Shown: in pieces, positions 51,311-61,384 of the stretch | Position numbering within the stretch: position 1 is the stretch's first letter | Layout of the letters: each line of letters begins with the position of its first letter | Origin: an uncultured Spirochaetia bacterium | GTDB taxonomy: Bacteria > Spirochaetota > Spirochaetia > CAZBHR01 | Direction of reading: 5' to 3' | Assembly: GCA_964492025.1 (NCBI GenBank) | Contig: CAZBHR010000001.1 | Coordinates: forward strand, 156,315 to 220,314 | DNA: 64,000 bases | Position numbers and translations under genes: made by a program | The notes under the pieces: generated by a model | Seen by the model: only the letters and a program-made list of their open reading frames with translations | Database searches by the model: none | What the model was told of the DNA's origin: nothing

Positions 51311-51676
51311 CTACTTTCGTATATAGGAGTAGCGAATATCACCATCTCTTATCACAAGAGAAGTCTCATTAAGAGTTTCTATACTATACACTCCATCGTA
51401 TAAAAATGAGATTCCATTACCAATGCTTTCCGTAGTAATAATAAGATTGTTATCCTGAAGTTCCCACCGTTTATATAGGAGGGTACTCATACTTTCAGAC
51501 CGAGCAGTTCCATCGGGAAAAAGAGAAAAATCTAAGTTAGCGTCGGATGTATCATCCCACATACCAACAAGAAGCGTCTCTCTATCAAAGGAGATTTCCT
51601 GTTCAGTGGCACAAGATACAAAGAGAGATACAAAAAAAAGTATTCCAATACCAGTAATATAACCTAATCTTCTCAT
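51311..51676 (-). CDS. Small lipocalin-like lipoprotein
   Basis: Lipobox LFVSC; LVGMW, L.PDGTA.S, Y..W, YSIETL beta-barrel pattern. Confidence 0.65.
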   Translation of the reverse strand: MRRLGYITGIGILFFVSLFVSCATEQEISFDRETLLVGMWDDTSDANLDFSLFPDGTARSESMSTLLYKRWELQDNNLIITTESIGNGISFLYDGVYSIETLNETSLVIRDGDIRYSYIRK

Positions 51677-51776
51677 AATAACCCCTTGGTACATATCCTA
51701 TGGGAAGAGTATCATATTTTACCATAAGGGGAAACCATACTCCCCTTATGATAAAACTATAAACCCTTTACAACAC

Positions 51777-51809
51777 AAAAAAAGGCCTCCCCTAGAGAGG
51801 AAGCCTTTT
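51777..51809 (-). terminator. Terminator after the MFS gene
   Basis: AGGCTTCC...GGAGGCCT followed by a T-run. Confidence 0.75.
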
Positions 51810-51826
51810 ACTTTCAAAAGAGAAGA

Positions 51827-53224
51827 TTATTCATCTCCATGTCGTCGATTATGGGACCACTCAGAAATCTCACGTTCTCGCTTTTTGTTAAAAGGGTTAA
51901 AAACGAGAGGAATAATTCCAAGAAGGTACATTACCGTAGGAAGCAGTGTACTGGTAACTCGAATACCCATAATAGCCTCTGCTGTTTGGCTAGGTGCTCC
52001 TTGTACATAGCCAAAATATTTAATAAGAGCCATATACACAAGAGTCCATACTCCCATAAAGGGCATGTTAAGTACCGCAGTAATAGCCTGATGAAGCCCA
52101 GTCTTTCTTACATCCGTATCCCACTCATTCTCATCAATAACCGCTGCAGTAAGGGGACTGTTTGCAGTAACTACACTGTTATGCCCCAACCAAATAAAGA
52201 AGTATGCAATAAAAGCGAGTAACCATCCATAGGATGAAAATAGAAGGAATTGTCCAAATACAAATATTCCAATTCCAAAGAATATAGAGGTTTTTCCTCC
52301 AATTCTTTTAATAATTTTCCCTACAAAAGGAAGCAGTAAAAGAACAAGAATCATAGGTGCCGCATCAACCACTGCTGCCTGCCATCCTGTGGCTCCAATA
52401 ACATGATCCATCATATATAAAAAGATGGTGTACGATATTGCCATAGGTGCAAGGGCTAATAGGTTAAAGAGAAATACAGTCCAGTATGATCGCATGGTTA
52501 AAAAGCTTTTTACATCTGCCCATAGATTTTTAAGATTAATCTTATCATTCTTCACCTCTCCCGCTTGATACAGCTCTGCGGGGTCTTTAAGAGACCTAAG
52601 AGCAATAAAATACACAAGAGTGTTAAATGCTAATACCAACATAAGATAGAACATAATTTTCTCTCGTGGCATAGAGTCGTTACCCACAAGAAGAAAGTTT
52701 GGAATAAGGGTTGCAAAAAAGCTTAAAATATTAGATACATACGCCATAATAACCCCTACATCAATACGATCTTCCTTAGTAGGTGCTACTAAGAGATAGT
52801 AACAGTTGTATGCGTAGGTATATGTGGTAAATGCGGTATAAAACAGCATTAACTCTAACACAAAAAGTGTTGCAATAAGCCACTCAGGCATACCTGGTGA
52901 GGCAACTATCATTCCAAAAAGAGCAAGAATCATGAGTGGAGCTGCCCGTCGTAATACACGAACATACTTACCTTTTTTAGGATGATACTTTACCCGGTCA
53001 ATTAAGTACCCAATAACAATTCCATTTACCGCTGCCCACATACTAATCCAATAGTATATGGCTCCCACAACTACGGGATCCACCTTAATAATATCGGTGT
53101 AATATTTAACAAAAATATTACCGATAAATACCATCGAAAGGCTCGCACTACTTGTAGTTAATGCAAGTCCAAACTTGTTTTTGAAGGGTAATTTTGATAC
53201 CCTGCCTGATGTGGCTGTACTCAT
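51827..53224 (-). CDS. GPH-family (MelB-like) MFS sugar transporter
   Basis: About 12 TM; YYTD, IGYLIDR, VIDENE...RKTG, FGY. Confidence 0.85.
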   Translation of the reverse strand: MSTATSGRVSKLPFKNKFGLALTTSSASLSMVFIGNIFVKYYTDIIKVDPVVVGAIYYWISMWAAVNGIVIGYLIDRVKYHPKKGKYVRVLRRAAPLMILALFGMIVASPGMPEWLIATLFVLELMLFYTAFTTYTYAYNCYYLLVAPTKEDRIDVGVIMAYVSNILSFFATLIPNFLLVGNDSMPREKIMFYLMLVLAFNTLVYFIALRSLKDPAELYQAGEVKNDKINLKNLWADVKSFLTMRSYWTVFLFNLLALAPMAISYTIFLYMMDHVIGATGWQAAVVDAAPMILVLLLLPFVGKIIKRIGGKTSIFFGIGIFVFGQFLLFSSYGWLLAFIAYFFIWLGHNSVVTANSPLTAAVIDENEWDTDVRKTGLHQAITAVLNMPFMGVWTLVYMALIKYFGYVQGAPSQTAEAIMGIRVTSTLLPTVMYLLGIIPLVFNPFNKKREREISEWSHNRRHGDE

Positions 53225-53477
53225 CCGTTCAAGACTCCTGTGATACATAATTTTACCGATTAGATTGAAAGTGAGCTATCACTTCTCTACTGGTTCTGTC
53301 ATTATTACACAGTTCCCTTAAAAGTCAAGAAAAAACTACTCCCTTAAGCATATTTTTTTCATAAAACAGGGAGGAATCCTAAGAGATGAGAGAAGATGGT
53401 AAAATCCGCCATATTTTCCGTCTGAACGCCTACTCTTTCACCATTTTTTAGGTGGAGAAGTTCACCAAAGGAAAACC

Positions 53478-54395
53478 TTATAAAGAGTTATCCCTACACC
53501 ACTGAATAGTACGTGATAAAGCGTCTGAACGGATAGGTTCCTGGGATAAGTAGAGGTCATGAAGGCCATCAGGAATTACTAAGGAGGTAACCTGGTTTCC
53601 TAGTGCCTCCCCCACCTTCTTAATGTCTTTCACATTAAGTACCGCATCCCCCTTAAGGAATGCATCACTCCACTTACGGCCGTATGTTGAATGGGAACTT
53701 CTCATGAGCAACACAGGAATAGATACACTCCCTCGGTGTTTCCAAACATTGCGTTGTCCCTTCACAATAGCACGGAACCATGATAAATATGCAGGGTATC
53801 CAGCAATCGGTTTAAAGCTAAGATCAAAATTCCATTCACCGTAGTAATCTTTATGAACACTCATGGGGTAATTTTCAGATAAAGCTTTATCAATCTTCCC
53901 CGATGGAACTATGTGGGAGAGTACCCCTAACAGAGGTATTGCGGTATGCTCCAAAAGAAAGGGCTTATTGAATCGATAAAATGGAGAGTTAAGGATAAGT
54001 CCCTTTACCCTATGCTTGTGAGTTCCATGGAGTGTATACAGGGTTGAGGTGAGCCCTCCCGTGGAGTGCCCAAGAAGAATAACATTACCCTCTATACGGT
54101 TAAGGGCTGCATCAATATCTTCGTAGTACTCAGATAGAGATTTACAGTAGTTAGGTTTCTGGTGTGCCAATAGAGAGTGCCCATATTTTCGTAATTCAAT
54201 AGCGTAAAAGTTATACCCCTGCTCTATAAAAGCCTTTGCTACATGGGGGTGAAAAAAATAATCTACAAATCCATGGACATAGAGAATATTGGTTCTCCCC
54301 GGTTGGTTCTCTTTATGGGCAATTAAGGTGGTAACTACATCTCCCTCATAATCAGAGGGTTGCTCAATAGTGGTATAGGTAAAATCAGCTAGCAT
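53478..54395 (-). CDS. Alpha/beta hydrolase (lysophospholipase-like)
   Basis: YVHGF, GHSTGG nucleophile elbow, LNSP, GDAVL, GLHD. Confidence 0.88.
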   Translation of the reverse strand: MLADFTYTTIEQPSDYEGDVVTTLIAHKENQPGRTNILYVHGFVDYFFHPHVAKAFIEQGYNFYAIELRKYGHSLLAHQKPNYCKSLSEYYEDIDAALNRIEGNVILLGHSTGGLTSTLYTLHGTHKHRVKGLILNSPFYRFNKPFLLEHTAIPLLGVLSHIVPSGKIDKALSENYPMSVHKDYYGEWNFDLSFKPIAGYPAYLSWFRAIVKGQRNVWKHRGSVSIPVLLMRSSHSTYGRKWSDAFLKGDAVLNVKDIKKVGEALGNQVTSLVIPDGLHDLYLSQEPIRSDALSRTIQWCRDNSL

Positions 54396-54415
54396 AGAAC
54401 ACTCCAAAATAGTAC

Positions 54416-55720
54416 TTACTTCTCAGTTTTATATAAAACTCTTCGGACAGATACCGCAGCCTTATGTGCCTCAAGCCCCTCGGCCTCTGCCATAACCTCT
54501 ATGGTATCACCTAGGGATTCAAGTCCTTGGAGCGTCATCTTCTGAAAGGTAATCTCCTTAGTGTACGCGCCAAGGTTCACTCCACTGTACATCTTAGCCC
54601 ACCCATTTGTAGGCAGTGTGTGATTTGTTCCTGAGGCATAATCTCCCGCAGACTCTGGGGTGTAGTATCCAAGAAAAACAGATCCACTATTTTGTACAAA
54701 AGGAATCCACTCTTCTGGCTCTTTAACCGAGAGAATAAGGTGTTCAGGTGCGTAGTCATTGATAAAATCAACAATATCATGTTGATTTTCAAGAATAACT
54801 ACCGCACTATGACCAAGAGAACTCTCTATCATCTCTTTGCGATCTCCATGATCTAACCCCTGTATGTACCGGAATACATTAAAAGCTTGCTTTTCCGATG
54901 AAGTAACAAACATACACTGGGAATCAGCACCATGTTCAGCCTGACTGAGCAGATCCTGAGCAATAACGCGGTAGTCCGCACCATCATCCGCAATAACCAT
55001 AACTTCAGATGGACCTGCGGGCATATCAATGGCTGTTCCTTCGGCAGAAGCAAGCAGTTTGGCAATGGTAACGTATCTATTCCCTGGCCCAAAAATTTTA
55101 TACACCTTAGGAACCGATTCCGTACCGTAGGTAAGAGCAGCTATTCCTTGGGCCCCTCCAGAGAGTACAACCTGAGTAACTCCTGAAATAAGGGCACTGT
55201 AGGCAACCGCAGGGTGAATTCCCTCTTTTTGCGGTGGTGTTGTAAGAACAATTTCCTTACACCCTGCAATAGTTGCGGGTATTGCTAACATCAATACAGA
55301 AGAAAATAGAGGAGCGGTCCCTCCTGGAACGTAGATACCAACTTTTTCAATGGGTCTAGCCTCTCTAAAACAGAGTACTCCAGCCATAGTTTCTACCGGT
55401 TCTTCTTGTAACTGTTGTGCTTGATGAAAAAGTTTAATATTTTCTGCACTCTGATCAATCGCCCTCTTAAGTTTTGAATCAATAAGAGATGCCGCCTTCT
55501 GAAGATCCTCCTGAGACAGTGTTAAATCCTTGAGATCTACCCGATCAAAGTTCTTTGCGTACTCCCTAAGTGCCGCATCTCCATCCCTTTTCACTCTGTC
55601 CATAATGGTTCGCACCTGATCCATCGTAGATTCATTGTGATTTGCAGGGCGCTCCATAATAAAGGGCCACATATCTCGGTCAGGGTTATTATATAGACCA
55701 AACCCAACGTTATTTTCCAT
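54416..55720 (-). CDS. hisD: Histidinol dehydrogenase
   Basis: YVPGG, GPGN, DMPAGPSE, SQAEH, APEHL, GDYASGTNHTLPT. Confidence 0.97.
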   Translation of the reverse strand: MENNVGFGLYNNPDRDMWPFIMERPANHNESTMDQVRTIMDRVKRDGDAALREYAKNFDRVDLKDLTLSQEDLQKAASLIDSKLKRAIDQSAENIKLFHQAQQLQEEPVETMAGVLCFREARPIEKVGIYVPGGTAPLFSSVLMLAIPATIAGCKEIVLTTPPQKEGIHPAVAYSALISGVTQVVLSGGAQGIAALTYGTESVPKVYKIFGPGNRYVTIAKLLASAEGTAIDMPAGPSEVMVIADDGADYRVIAQDLLSQAEHGADSQCMFVTSSEKQAFNVFRYIQGLDHGDRKEMIESSLGHSAVVILENQHDIVDFINDYAPEHLILSVKEPEEWIPFVQNSGSVFLGYYTPESAGDYASGTNHTLPTNGWAKMYSGVNLGAYTKEITFQKMTLQGLESLGDTIEVMAEAEGLEAHKAAVSVRRVLYKTEK

Positions 55721-55722
55721 AT

Positions 55723-56583
55723 CTACTCCACAAACTTCTCAATTGGGGTAACAAGTACGCCTTGGGCACCCAAGGCTTTTAACTGTTCTAGGGTATCCCA
55801 GAATTTACTCTCCTCTACAACGGTCTGAACCGAGCTCCACCCCTTCTCTACTAGAGGAGTTACCGTAGGGCTCTCTAGACCAGGAAAAATATCGCTTACC
55901 TGATCTACATACTGCGTAGGGAGATTAAAGATAATATATTTAAAATTCTTAGCTTTTTGGACAGCTTCGATTCTCATAAGAAGCTTATGTAAGATCACAC
56001 GTTTTTCAGGCGAAAGACCAGGAGTAGCTATCATACGAGCAGAGGAGAAGTAGAAAGAGTCTACCTCCTTGAGTCCATTACTTAGCAGGGTACTTCCTGT
56101 ACTGACAATATCACAGATAGCATCTGCCAACCCTATAGTTGGGGCTATTTCGACAGAACCGGTAATTGTATGGATATCAGCAGTCACTCCCTCTTCTTGT
56201 AGATATTCACCCAAGATTCGTGGATAGCTGGTAGCTATTCGTTTTCCCTCGAGACTTTTAGCACCCTTATAATTCATATCTCGAGGTACCGCAATAGAGA
56301 GACGACATTTTGAGAACCCTAAATCAAGAACTTCCTCTACAGTAACACCCTCTTCATCAATAGTGTTTTTCCCAACAATCCCAATATCCGCAATTCCATC
56401 TTCCACATACCCTGGGATATCATCATCCCGAAGAAAAATAAACTCCAAAGGAAAGTTAGTGGCCTTAGCTTTAAGAACACGTCCTCCATAGGCAAAATCT
56501 ATACCACAGGATTCAATAATAGCTTGAGATTTCTCACTCAACCTTCCACCCTTCTGTATTGCAATACGTAATAGCTCTTCCAT
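55723..56583 (-). CDS. hisG: ATP phosphoribosyltransferase (long form)
   Basis: IAIQKGGRL, RDDDIP, IATSYP, GSVE, DIVSTGSTL and a C-terminal regulatory domain. Confidence 0.97.
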   Translation of the reverse strand: MEELLRIAIQKGGRLSEKSQAIIESCGIDFAYGGRVLKAKATNFPLEFIFLRDDDIPGYVEDGIADIGIVGKNTIDEEGVTVEEVLDLGFSKCRLSIAVPRDMNYKGAKSLEGKRIATSYPRILGEYLQEEGVTADIHTITGSVEIAPTIGLADAICDIVSTGSTLLSNGLKEVDSFYFSSARMIATPGLSPEKRVILHKLLMRIEAVQKAKNFKYIIFNLPTQYVDQVSDIFPGLESPTVTPLVEKGWSSVQTVVEESKFWDTLEQLKALGAQGVLVTPIEKFVE

Positions 56584-56696
56584 ACACCTCTCCTTGTTTC
56601 TCTTTATAGTATACAGAAGAGCCTCTTGTTATATCAATACGTAAATGAGGGGAAAAGGGTTTTAACCTGTTTCCCCATGAGCACTCCTCTTGGTCG

Positions 56697-58022
56697 TTAC
56701 AGGACTTTCCACTCCGGTTTTGCCTCAGAAGTCCAGTTCTTGGAAGCATTTTTATCAAAGTTTTTCCACTTTTCAACATTTGATACGTCCCACTTACTTA
56801 TATCTTGATTAAAGTTACCAGAATTGTAAAACATTCCTGACATATTGATTACATTACTTACATCCCAGTCACTAATATCTTGATTAAACTTCATAGGACA
56901 CCCTGAAGATGATCCAAACATATAGCCCATATCAGTCACCTTACTTACATCCCAGTCTCCTATATTCTGATTAAAAGATCTTGCCTGTTTAAACATGCTA
57001 TACATATTAACACTCTCATCTTCACCTATATTCTCACCAAAACCGTCCCAACCTAAAGGCTTCCCTCCATTATTAAATCCCTCTGTATAATGAAAGAACC
57101 AACGAAAATCTGCAACCTTACTGATATCCCAGTTACTAATATCCTGATTAAACCTAGGCGACGCTTCAAACATACCTATTGCATCACCCACTATATGAGG
57201 AACGTCATTTGAATCGAGAGGGAGACTGAAGTTATTTGATACTCCCGCAAAGGTATACCTATTGTTGATAAACTGGGAACTTCCAAAACTTTTCACCCTT
57301 ACCAAGTAATGGCTAGAGTTGTATACTGGAGTTCGGTTTCCCTGTCCAGGGTTAACCATAGGATCTCCCCAGCTTCCATCATCCCAATCTCCAGTAAGTT
57401 CATAGGGCTCATCTTCTGGTCTATCTCCATCAATATCACCAAACCGTAGGTCTCCATAAATAGTAATATCTACAGGGGTACCTCCTAAAACTGAGTCATA
57501 GGAGTGTATAGCATCACTCGCTCTGGTAACAGAGGTAGTCTCTGACCCATCACCCCAATCAACAATAAGATCGTATTTATCACCCTCTGTGCGAAGAGGA
57601 AGTGTAAAATCATCAATCCCTCCAACTGGAAGCATATAGGTGAGGACCATAGGTGCATATATGGAGACCCTAAAAGTTGCAACATCTCCCTTATTAGCAA
57701 CTGCTTGAACAACAACATCACCAGCAGCCTCCCCTGTAATGATACAAATATTGCTAGACTCCCCTGTTCTCAAGGAAGCACAACCTTGCTCCATAGATAG
57801 AATACTCCATCTGATATCATCAGGATCACCCTCTTTAAGAGGATTTCTATACTTTACGGCAAGCTCTATACTCCCGCCCTGAAGCACACGGGCCCCTCCA
57901 CTCACCGGTTCAATAGATATACTTCGATCCGATGGCTCCGCAACCTGCCTGCACGATACTATTATGCTGACTGATAGGATTAAGGTAAATAAGATAGCTC
58001 GTTTGATATAATTCGTTTTCAT
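56697..58022 (-). CDS. Surface lipoprotein with Ig-like/PKD-like segments and DUF285 (BspA-like) repeats
   Basis: Lipobox IIVSC; VDWGDG; four FNQ.I..WD.S.V repeats. Confidence 0.85.
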   Translation of the reverse strand: MKTNYIKRAILFTLILSVSIIVSCRQVAEPSDRSISIEPVSGGARVLQGGSIELAVKYRNPLKEGDPDDIRWSILSMEQGCASLRTGESSNICIITGEAAGDVVVQAVANKGDVATFRVSIYAPMVLTYMLPVGGIDDFTLPLRTEGDKYDLIVDWGDGSETTSVTRASDAIHSYDSVLGGTPVDITIYGDLRFGDIDGDRPEDEPYELTGDWDDGSWGDPMVNPGQGNRTPVYNSSHYLVRVKSFGSSQFINNRYTFAGVSNNFSLPLDSNDVPHIVGDAIGMFEASPRFNQDISNWDISKVADFRWFFHYTEGFNNGGKPLGWDGFGENIGEDESVNMYSMFKQARSFNQNIGDWDVSKVTDMGYMFGSSSGCPMKFNQDISDWDVSNVINMSGMFYNSGNFNQDISKWDVSNVEKWKNFDKNASKNWTSEAKPEWKVL

Positions 58023-58176
58023 AGAGTATTCTCCCAAAAAGTATATAGAATATTCTACCAAAAAAAATTATGAGTAATAACTCAATTTTATAAAAAAGAA
58101 AATAAATTCAAATAATATATTACAACTCAACTTAACATACGTGTACTAGTTCGATCTTTTTTTCACAATATATGAG

Positions 58177-58872
58177 TTATTTACTCTTTTTCTTTTTTGA
58201 AATGGAGTACCCACGAATCTCTAAAGCGTTCCCTAACTCCTCTGCATGTTGTATTGATGAAATTAACAGAGGAATGATTGTAGCAGTAAGATGTTTAAGT
58301 CTCTGTAAAAAAGATTCACTCCCAAAACCACGGGATCTTCGAGCATCTCCTATCCTCTGAAATTCCCCAAGAAAAACCGGTATAAAACGTAGGGCAATAG
58401 AGAATGCTAAGGCACCATCCTTCACAGGGAATCCGATAATAGCCAAAGGCTTACCAACTGTTTCTATTCCCTTTGCTAGTGCTATGGGAGAGGTTGTCAT
58501 GGTGAGTATAAGGGAGAGTCCTGTTAAGATAATCAGCCTGAGAGTAACACGCGCAATAATAAGAAGTGTTTGGTCATATATGGGAAAACCAAATAGAGTA
58601 AAAAGAACAGCCCCTTCCTTCACCATAAAAAATTGAAGAACTCCTAAGAATAGGATAAACCAAAGAAGAGGTTTCATGCTTCGAAAAAAGTTCCCTAGTC
58701 CAACTTTTGAGAGGATTACAGTTACAACCATTGCAAAAGCAATAACACCTAAAAGAGTAAAACTCTTTGTAATAAATACTGTTACCACCAATACAAGAAA
58801 GATAAGAAACTTCCACACCGATGGAACTTTATGAATAAGAGACTCTCTGGGTACAAAGGATCCTAACTTCAT
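58177..58872 (-). CDS. ecfT: ECF transporter T component
   Basis: SLIHK, TTSP, IALRFIP, SRG and IRGY motifs. Confidence 0.92.
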   Translation of the reverse strand: MKLGSFVPRESLIHKVPSVWKFLIFLVLVVTVFITKSFTLLGVIAFAMVVTVILSKVGLGNFFRSMKPLLWFILFLGVLQFFMVKEGAVLFTLFGFPIYDQTLLIIARVTLRLIILTGLSLILTMTTSPIALAKGIETVGKPLAIIGFPVKDGALAFSIALRFIPVFLGEFQRIGDARRSRGFGSESFLQRLKHLTATIIPLLISSIQHAEELGNALEIRGYSISKKKKSK

Positions 58873-59753
58873 AATTTTAACTCCTTTGCCAACTCACCCA
58901 CCCAACTATCCAGTGCCATGGGAGCACCACTCTGAGGTATAGTAAAACTTCTGCCAACCCGCTCTTCTAGGGAGCGTAAGAATGCAATATGTCCAGGAAG
59001 CACCATATGAGCAGTTGTTAGAAGCTGCTTATCTTGTAGGATATTGTGAGATGAGTCATCCGCAATAATACGCCCCCCATCCATAATAATAATTCTATCT
59101 ACCCTATCCCACAAATCCTCCATACTGTTAGATATAATTACGGTGGTCATTCCCCGCTCCTGCTCCTCTTCTAAGAGAGAGAATAACTCTATACGACTTT
59201 GTGGGTCTAGTCCAATGGTTGGCTCATCTAGTACCAGCACCGATGGCTCCACCGCAAGGATTCCTGCAAGGGCAACCTTTCTTGCTTCTCCCCCACTGAG
59301 ATGAAGAGGAGATCGCTCAGCTAAATCTCGGGAAAGATAGAGTCTATCAAGAAGGTCAAAAGTGAGCTTCTCCGCTTTTTCTTCGGTATACCCATAGTTT
59401 TTTAACCCATTAACAATATCGTGTAGAACCGTTTTTCCAAAAAGCTGCTCCCTAGGAAACTGAAAAAGATACCCAACTTTCCTGTGTAGTTCATGCACTA
59501 TTTTTCTCTGAGCCTTTCTTTCTCTATATCCATGGGCGGCTGTGAGCGTAACTCCATCTACCGTCACACTCCCCTTTGTAGGAGTTAGGAGTCCGTTCAT
59601 ATGTTTTGCTAGCGTGGTCTTACCAGATCCATTCCTTCCAATAATTCCAACTCGCTCTCCCCTCTGAATGGTGAGACTTAAATCTACCAAAAGAGGTTTT
59701 GCTTCACGACTTTGATCATAGGAAAAGCTGATTGACTCTATAACAATTGACAT
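58869..59753 (-). CDS. ecfA2: ECF transporter ATPase A2
   Basis: GRNGSGKT, FQFP..QLF, LSGGE, LDEPTIGLDP. Confidence 0.88.
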   Translation of the reverse strand: MSIVIESISFSYDQSREAKPLLVDLSLTIQRGERVGIIGRNGSGKTTLAKHMNGLLTPTKGSVTVDGVTLTAAHGYRERKAQRKIVHELHRKVGYLFQFPREQLFGKTVLHDIVNGLKNYGYTEEKAEKLTFDLLDRLYLSRDLAERSPLHLSGGEARKVALAGILAVEPSVLVLDEPTIGLDPQSRIELFSLLEEEQERGMTTVIISNSMEDLWDRVDRIIIMDGGRIIADDSSHNILQDKQLLTTAHMVLPGHIAFLRSLEERVGRSFTIPQSGAPMALDSWVGELAKELKL

Positions 59754-60553
59754 ACAGCCTCCGCTAGCTTTTCAGCCGAAAAACCCTCAGGAACAGAGTA
59801 CCCTCGCTTTTTCCAACTCTTTGTAAGAGTCACTATGGGTGGAGGAGTAATATCAAAATCCTCTGCTCTTTCATAGTACAACTCCAGAGGTGTCATATCT
59901 CCAACAATTGAACCTCTATCAAGAACAATTACCCGTTCTGCATGGGAAACAAGCAGAGGATCATGGGATATAGTAATGAGGGTAAAATCCTTTTTAAGAC
60001 GCTCTATAATCTGTATCATCCGTTCTTTCATCCATGGATCAACCATAGAGGCAACCTCATCTAAAATAAGAATTTTTGGTTGAAGAACCAACATGCCTGC
60101 CAGTGCAACAATCTGCTTTTGTCCTCCAGAAAGGGTCTCTATAAATCGAGACCGCAAGCTGGTAATATCTAGAGAATCAAGCACCTCTGCAATTCTCTGG
60201 TCCTGAATATCTTGAGGGATCCCATAATTCTCTAACCCGTACCGTAGATCCTCATCTACAACACTCCCAACAAGTTGATTATCAGGATTCTGAAATACCA
60301 TTCCAACTGTTGCACTGAGGAATTCTCCAGAACTACTGTGATTCTCTTGGATAACACAATCCCCCACCTTAGGCTGCAATAGACCTGCCATAATACGACC
60401 TAAGGTAGACTTCCCTGATCCGTTTTTCCCCACAATAGCCAAAGATTCTCCTTGGGCTATTGATAGAGAAATATTCTGTAATATTGGAGCATCCTTTTGA
60501 ATATGAAATCCAATATTTCGAAGTTCTAGGATCGGAGAAGTACGGGAATCCAT
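59738..60553 (-). CDS. ecfA1: ECF transporter ATPase A1
   Basis: GKNGSGKST, FQNPDNQ, LSGGQKQ, LDE. Confidence 0.88.
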   Translation of the reverse strand: MDSRTSPILELRNIGFHIQKDAPILQNISLSIAQGESLAIVGKNGSGKSTLGRIMAGLLQPKVGDCVIQENHSSSGEFLSATVGMVFQNPDNQLVGSVVDEDLRYGLENYGIPQDIQDQRIAEVLDSLDITSLRSRFIETLSGGQKQIVALAGMLVLQPKILILDEVASMVDPWMKERMIQIIERLKKDFTLITISHDPLLVSHAERVIVLDRGSIVGDMTPLELYYERAEDFDITPPPIVTLTKSWKKRGYSVPEGFSAEKLAEAVCQLL

Positions 60554-61144
60554 CTAATCATCAAGCTCCATAAGACGGGAGTTCTTCAATCTCATATGAA
60601 TAATACCGTAAACAATTGATATAATAACACCTTTTATGAAATTAAAGGGTCCATAGATAGATACAACCCACTTGGTGTATACAGGCTTGTCATCCATCAT
60701 ATCAAGAATGAATCCAATTTCGTTAAGCCGTGCAAAAAATGGGGTGATCCAGAAATAGTTGAGTACCACCATAACCACAGAAAGTGTTAGAGTCCCCACT
60801 AGAGAGCCTATGACAAGAGAGAGAATTACACCCTTTGTACCTGCAAGTTTTTTGTATATAAACCATACAGGAAAAGCGTATGATAGGGATGCAATAACCG
60901 CCGTTAGTTCCCCTACTCCTCCTGTAGTACTTCCCTGAATAAGAAACTGTAAAAGACTTTTTAAGAGTGCAACAGCGATCCCTACAGAAGGGCCCCCTGC
61001 AAAGAATCCAAAAAGCACAATTACCTCAGAGAGGTCTATTTTAAGAAATCCAGCGAGAGGCCACGGAATTGCCGCTAACATCACCAGAAACCCTAGAGCT
61101 CCAAGAATACCCATAAGGGCTATCTTTTTTGCCTGTCCATTCAT
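60554..61144 (-). CDS. ribU: ECF S component, riboflavin transporter RibU
   Basis: FLKIDLSE, GGVGE, LNYF..P, PFNFIKG; lies under an FMN riboswitch; start ATG 61144 after AGGAGG. Confidence 0.88.
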   Translation of the reverse strand: MNGQAKKIALMGILGALGFLVMLAAIPWPLAGFLKIDLSEVIVLFGFFAGGPSVGIAVALLKSLLQFLIQGSTTGGVGELTAVIASLSYAFPVWFIYKKLAGTKGVILSLVIGSLVGTLTLSVVMVVLNYFWITPFFARLNEIGFILDMMDDKPVYTKWVVSIYGPFNFIKGVIISIVYGIIHMRLKNSRLMELDD

Positions 61145-61213
61145 ACTCATCCTCCTAAGGAGAGGCTGAGGGAAGTACACATGTACACGGATATTTCGAC
61201 CTGAATTGGTCTT

Positions 61214-61328
61214 AAAATCTCTTCCCATCCAGACTGTACTGTCGGTCACGGAGTTTCACCGTATCTGCCCAGAAGGGCTTGTGGACTATAACCACCGGTC
61301 GGGAGTTTCACCCTGCCTCAAAGATTTT
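61214..61328 (-). ncRNA. FMN riboswitch (RFN element)
   Basis: GGCAGGGTGAAACTCCCGACCGGTGGTTATAGTCCAC...GGTGAAACTCC...ACCGACAGTACAGTCTGGATGGGAAG matches the RFN consensus; promoter TTGACA-17-TATACT at 61362-61334. Confidence 0.95.
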
Positions 61329-61384
61329 TTACCAGTATATGAGCTTTTTGGGGAGTTGTCAACTATAAAGATTTCAGAACACCC

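Noticed and set aside
45873-51826. tRNA-Pro-anchored genomic island
   Set aside because: The accessory-looking genes lie on the tRNA's 5' side, and I saw no integrase or duplicated tRNA 3' end
56584-56696. Histidine attenuator leader
   Set aside because: The only mini-ORF has no His codons and lies upstream of the predicted hisG promoter
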